DNA of 32,188 bases, from assembly GCA_900128585.1 (NCBI GenBank), contig LT642218.1, positions 1 through 32,188 on the forward strand, in the 5' to 3' direction. The notes beneath the pieces were generated by a model. That model worked only from the letters and a program-made list of their open reading frames with translations. It was not told the origin of the DNA and did no database searches. Shown here piece after piece: positions 31,743-32,188 of this stretch; positions within the stretch are counted from its first letter, which is position 1; every line of letters begins with the position of its first letter. Origin of the DNA: Stramenopiles sp. TOSAG23-3 (Eukaryota). The translations under genes and the position numbers were made by a program.

Positions 31743-32188
31743 ATTTCAAACCAGGAAACGAACGTGGGTTCCTTTTAATATCTGTATGGTATAAAATCTA
31801 CCTTTTCTCCCTATCTTTTCTGCTTTTTAGCTTATTGTTGCGATGGTATTTTCCTTTGGTTAAACTATTACTTTTATTACACTTATATCCCTTTCTTTCG
31901 AAAATGTTGTAGTAAAAGTGTTTCCTACAATTCAAGAGGTGTAGGTTGGTTGAATGGGAGGATGAGTCTTCTTCCGCCCTGCTGTTGCTTCCTTTTTAAA
32001 TTCACTCAATCATCACTAACTCACCTTTTCAAAAATATTATTATTGGTAAATAATATATTATAATTACAACAACACAGCATCAAGAAAAGGAAGGAAAAA
32101 ATACTGAAGAAGAAAAAAAGAAAAATTTGAAATGAATCTAGCAAAAAGAAGAAGAGGAAGAAGAAGAAGGAGATTCTAATGTTATACT

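Noticed and set aside
1-32188. Alternative genetic code or stop reassignment
   Set aside because: TAA, TAG and TGA all terminate conserved genes at expected positions; non-ATG starts in the track have nearby ATGs or splice explanations.

Overview
Eukaryotic nuclear DNA from an intron-poor protist that is probably flagellated; a stramenopile-like lineage is plausible, but that is inference. GC-richer coding regions alternate with very AT-rich intergenic DNA, and TAA, TAG and TGA all end genes, consistent with the standard code. Thirteen protein genes are supported: ATAD3-like AAA+ ATPase (5'-truncated), AIFM2/FSP1-like oxidoreductase, an S/P-rich orphan, Swi3/TIPIN, axonemal dynein intermediate chain DNAI2, a HIG1-domain protein, DYRK1, a tetraspan+SH3 protein, a coiled-coil/EF-hand tail-anchored protein, a cytochrome b5-fused desaturase, a J-domain-less DnaJ derivative, a spliced RLY/CTFxP-repeat+EF-hand protein, and CFAP20DC. 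The most notable signal is a ~316 bp EF-hand module shared at ~93% identity by two otherwise unrelated genes. It begins at a splice acceptor, has diverged mostly by amino-acid changes, ends in different membrane-targeting tails, and is followed in both loci by a private 22 bp repeat family. Other points of interest are a 156 bp MITE/hairpin-like inverted repeat, a Sho1-like architecture, and a histone H1/protamine-like insert in ATAD3. No tRNA, rRNA, CRISPR array or autonomous transposon was recognised.
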